64,000 nt of DNA from Spizellomyces punctatus DAOM BR117 (Eukaryota): NCBI GenBank assembly GCA_000182565.2, contig KQ257455.1; one strand, given 5' to 3'. The translations under genes and the position numbers were made by a program. Below, in pieces: positions 60,494 through 64,000 of the stretch (positions are counted from its first letter, which is position 1; each line of letters begins with the position of its first letter). The notes below the pieces were generated by a model. That model had not been told where the DNA came from. It saw nothing but the letters and a program-made list of their open reading frames with translations, and did no database searches.

Positions 60494-61470
60494 ATGCTCA
60501 CAGACAGCATGGAACTGGATACGGACGACTTTCTCCTGTCAAGTGACGGCGAATCTACATCTTACTTTAATGATGACGTGAAGGCATTGACTCAATCGTG
60601 GATAAATGAGCGATGCGCTCCAGAGATACTACCCTACCAGGAGCATTTAGTCAATAACTTGTTGGAAATGCTGAATGCACAGGTGAGTAGAATAGGACAG
60701 AACGTAGGTTGGTATGGAAGGTATTTAATTTATCACCAGGCAGAAAACGTGGAAGCGCAAGAGCCCAATACACCAGACGGTGCTTTTCTCCTGGTCATAT
60801 ATCAGCAAGAAATGGAGCGAATAAAGTTCGTCATAAGGAGCTACCTTAGAACGCGACTGGCAAAAGTGAGTCCTTGCCCTCTTGCAATGCTGTCCAACCG
60901 TTAACATGGGGATACCGCTCCCGCAGATACAAAAGTATACCCTTCACTTTCTGCAAGAGGAAGAATATCGTGGAAGATTATCAACCGACGAATTGGCTTT
61001 TGCAGAAAAGTATTGTACGACGATTTTGTTCTTTTAATGTACTCTGTGCTCTTGCTGACTAAAGTTCCCCAGATTCCAGGAGCTTCTAGAGCGACATTTT
61101 ATGAAGTCGTGCCTAGAAGAATTACCTGCATTTCTGCAACGGCTAGATGACGAGATTGGTGATATAAGCATGGGTAGTCATCGAGTGACTCATAGGAATA
61201 TTGTGAATTGTGTGGCTAACATATATCTGGACATGCTTAGTGAACCGACCTGAGCTTGACGATGCAGTCATATGTCGGGTTAAAGAGGATATCGGTGCAT
61301 TCCAATTGGATGATAGGTACGCAGTGATTGATTGTGGTTATAGATGCATTGCTGATGGATACACGTCATGTAGCGATGAGACGACTTTCATGAAAGCAAA
61401 TAATGTATATATCTTACAATACAAGGCGATTAGACGACTGTTAGAAGATAATAAAGTAGATCTTGTGTAG
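60494..61470 (+). CDS. SLD5: GINS complex subunit Sld5
   Basis: WINERCAPEILPY, EMERIKFVIRSYLRTRLAKIQKY, PELDDAVICRV, YILQYKAIRRLL....VDLV*. Confidence 0.95.
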
Positions 61471-61617
61471 GAATTAGAGGGAGGTGCTGATTCTCGACTA
61501 CGTGTTTCTTTTGTATTCTTGGAAGGCATGAAATAGGAATTGTATATAGTTGCGGTTTTGAACACGATGGGTGGTTTCGGTCTGAGAAAAAAAATACAGG
61601 ACTATCATGAAATGTAA

Positions 61618-64000
61618 CTATGCTTCTATCCGATTCTTCACCCATCTTTCCAGCCCCCCCTCAACTACTAGCTCCTGTGCCGCCCTACCAACTGCGGGAA
61701 TACTGTATTCCTTCGCTGGACTACCTTCTTCTATGGACACCCTACCATTAACCAAATCGAGCGTTCCCTTCCATGCAGTACGCCTCGTTAGCTCTTTGCT
61801 ATCGCCTTCAAACGCCTTCCGCAGATCCCTGACAAGTGCTGGAGCTTCAAGTACAACCAAGCCATTGTTAATGGCGTTTCGCTTAAACGTTTCCGAGAAA
61901 GAGCCAGCGAGAACAACACGGATTCCTGCATACAACAGTGCCGTTGCGGCTTGTTCTCTAGACGACCCAGTACCGAAATTAAAACCGCCAACAAGGATGT
62001 CATTCTGGTAAATTTGAAGTTGGTTAAGCATGACTTGCCTCCGTTTTTAAGTTATCTATGCGAATCTACCAACCTTCTGTGCAATGCTGGAGAATTTTGG
62101 ATCGTAGTTTTCCATAACAACTTGTGCCATCCTTTCTGGAGGAATATCATCCACGTAGGTGTACTTTCCTGGATATATTCCATCCGTGTTCAAGTTGTCA
62201 GCATCGCAAAATATGAATTCGCCTTTCAGTGACCCTGGGAAGCCTGAGACAACGTCTGCAGAAGATGATGCCGAGGAACCTGTATCGGCATTTTTCAATT
62301 CACTGTAGGAAATCACGGGCGGTTGAACGGTCTGTGGCGCGGACGAAATCTTGAGAGCGGAAGAAAGAGGGGGAAGGGAAGCTGGGCCACAAATGCGTCC
62401 AGCAACAGCCGAAGCAGCGACCACAGCTAAGGATTCCGTTAGCAGCTGGCTGGTAGTGACGTAACGCCTAGATCTTACCTGGTGATGACAGGTAGGCTTG
62501 TGCATTGGGAGACCCCATCCTTCCTTTGTAGTTCCGGTTCGTTGCCGAAATTCCAACTTCATTATCCTTCAAAAGCCCTGCGCCCAAACCTACATGCAAA
62601 GGTTGCGTTAGGAAATATCCGATCGTCAATTGGAGCGTATGTATCACGTACCAATACACGGTCCACAACCAGCAGGTAAAGGCTTGGCACCTGCACGAAG
62701 CAGCTCTGCCCAGTCACCACTAGCTTCCACGTCACGCTGCACCTCGCTCGACGCTGCTGCAATGTAAAATTCCACGCCTTCTGCCACCGTTCTACCTTTC
62801 AAAACGCGAGCCGCTGCTCTCAAGTCGCTTGCGCGCGAGTTTACACATGAGACAAGATAGGCTTTGTGGATGGCAATGTTCCTTTTCTCTAGTTCCGTTA
62901 ATGGGGTAGCAAGCTTTACCGAGTTGGGCCCAGACACATATGGAGACACAGTAGCGAGATCCAGAGTCAAATGCTTTGCATACCGCGCGCCAGGGTCAGA
63001 GCGAATCGGGTTTTCAAGAAGCTTCTTGATGCGCTCTACATTGATACGTGGATGTTTGCCTTCACGAGACCGCTCAAGCTGGACGGCGCGCTTTAGGAGC
63101 CAATCGGCAGTAACTTCGTCAACGGGAAATACTCCAGCCAACGCTCCCCATTCCGTTGTCATGTTCGCAATTGTCAACCTGTCGTCCACAGTGAGTCCGG
63201 CCATACCTTTCTCACCGGTGAACTCGATCGCGGTGTTGAGGACCTCATCCTTGTTGAACAGCCCACAGAGAGTGACAATGATGTCCTTTCCGGTCACACC
63301 TTCCGGTAAGGAGTTTAGAAATTCCACTTTGGCAACGGGTGGAATTTGCCACCATGTGCGCCCTGTTGCCCAGATTGCTGCCGCATCAGTTCGTACGATT
63401 GGAGTACCCAGAGCGCCGATTCCACCGTACATGTTTGAGTGCGAATCCGAGGCAACAGTCATGGCGTACGGGAAGGCATAACCCTCTTCGATCAGGATCT
63501 GATGTCCAATTCCTCGCCCTGCTGGGTAAAAGTCTACGCCATGATTCTTTGCAAATTCCTGTATCGATCGGTACTTGAGCAAGTTCTGATACAATAACAT
63601 GTTGTGAGTCTCTAAATTTTGTGCCATCGACAGATTAACACGCGCCCGCTGACCTTTTCGGTCTTGTTCTGGACGTCATGATCAAGAGTAAAAACAGGCT
63701 GCTTGGGATTCTTGAATTTTCCTGCCCCAATGCTCTTGAATCTGAGACAGCCCATTTAATTTTCATTCTCCACAGACAAACTGAGAACCCAACGATCTCT
63801 GATCTCCTTACTCACTTGCTGATAACCGCGGCGGTATTATCATGTGTCATGACATGCTCTGGTGAAATGCTCACAAAGTCCCCTTGCAGAACCTTGTGCT
63901 CGGGATGTGGAAGGTCGACAGCATATCTTTGTACAATTTTCTCGATAACGTTTTGAGGCGAGACACGGGAGGAGGCAAAGGTCGCAAGATGCCGGGGACG
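61618..64000 (-). CDS. LYS4: Homoaconitase, mitochondrial (5' end lies beyond the window)
   Basis: [93 protein letters not shown]. Confidence 0.97.

Overview
This window is gene-dense, intron-rich eukaryotic DNA, with introns mostly about 45-90 nt and GT-AG. It comes from a flagellated fungus, most likely a chytrid. The fungal markers are homoaconitase LYS4, SEC66 and RXT2. The axonemal or transition-zone genes are DRC7 and tectonic, alongside GCP5 and SF3B6. About 33 protein-coding genes can be reconstructed, almost all in alternating head-to-head / tail-to-tail orientation. I found no rRNA, tRNA, CRISPR array, intact mobile element or biosynthetic cluster. The most notable points are: a DDIAS/noxin-like Zn-OB-fold protein with acidic repeats and MCB boxes; a Rab7-like GTPase with a ~185-aa insertion inside the G domain; an SH3-proline-rich-EH scaffold ending in its own NPF ligand; a bacterial-looking single-RRM protein with a mitochondrial presequence; HMG-CoA lyase with an in-frame intronic ATG and a C-terminal PKL; an FNBP4 orthologue; and RFX X-box-like motifs in three divergent promoters next to RNA-processing genes. 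Exon structures were inferred by eye and family assignments come from recalled motifs, not database searches.
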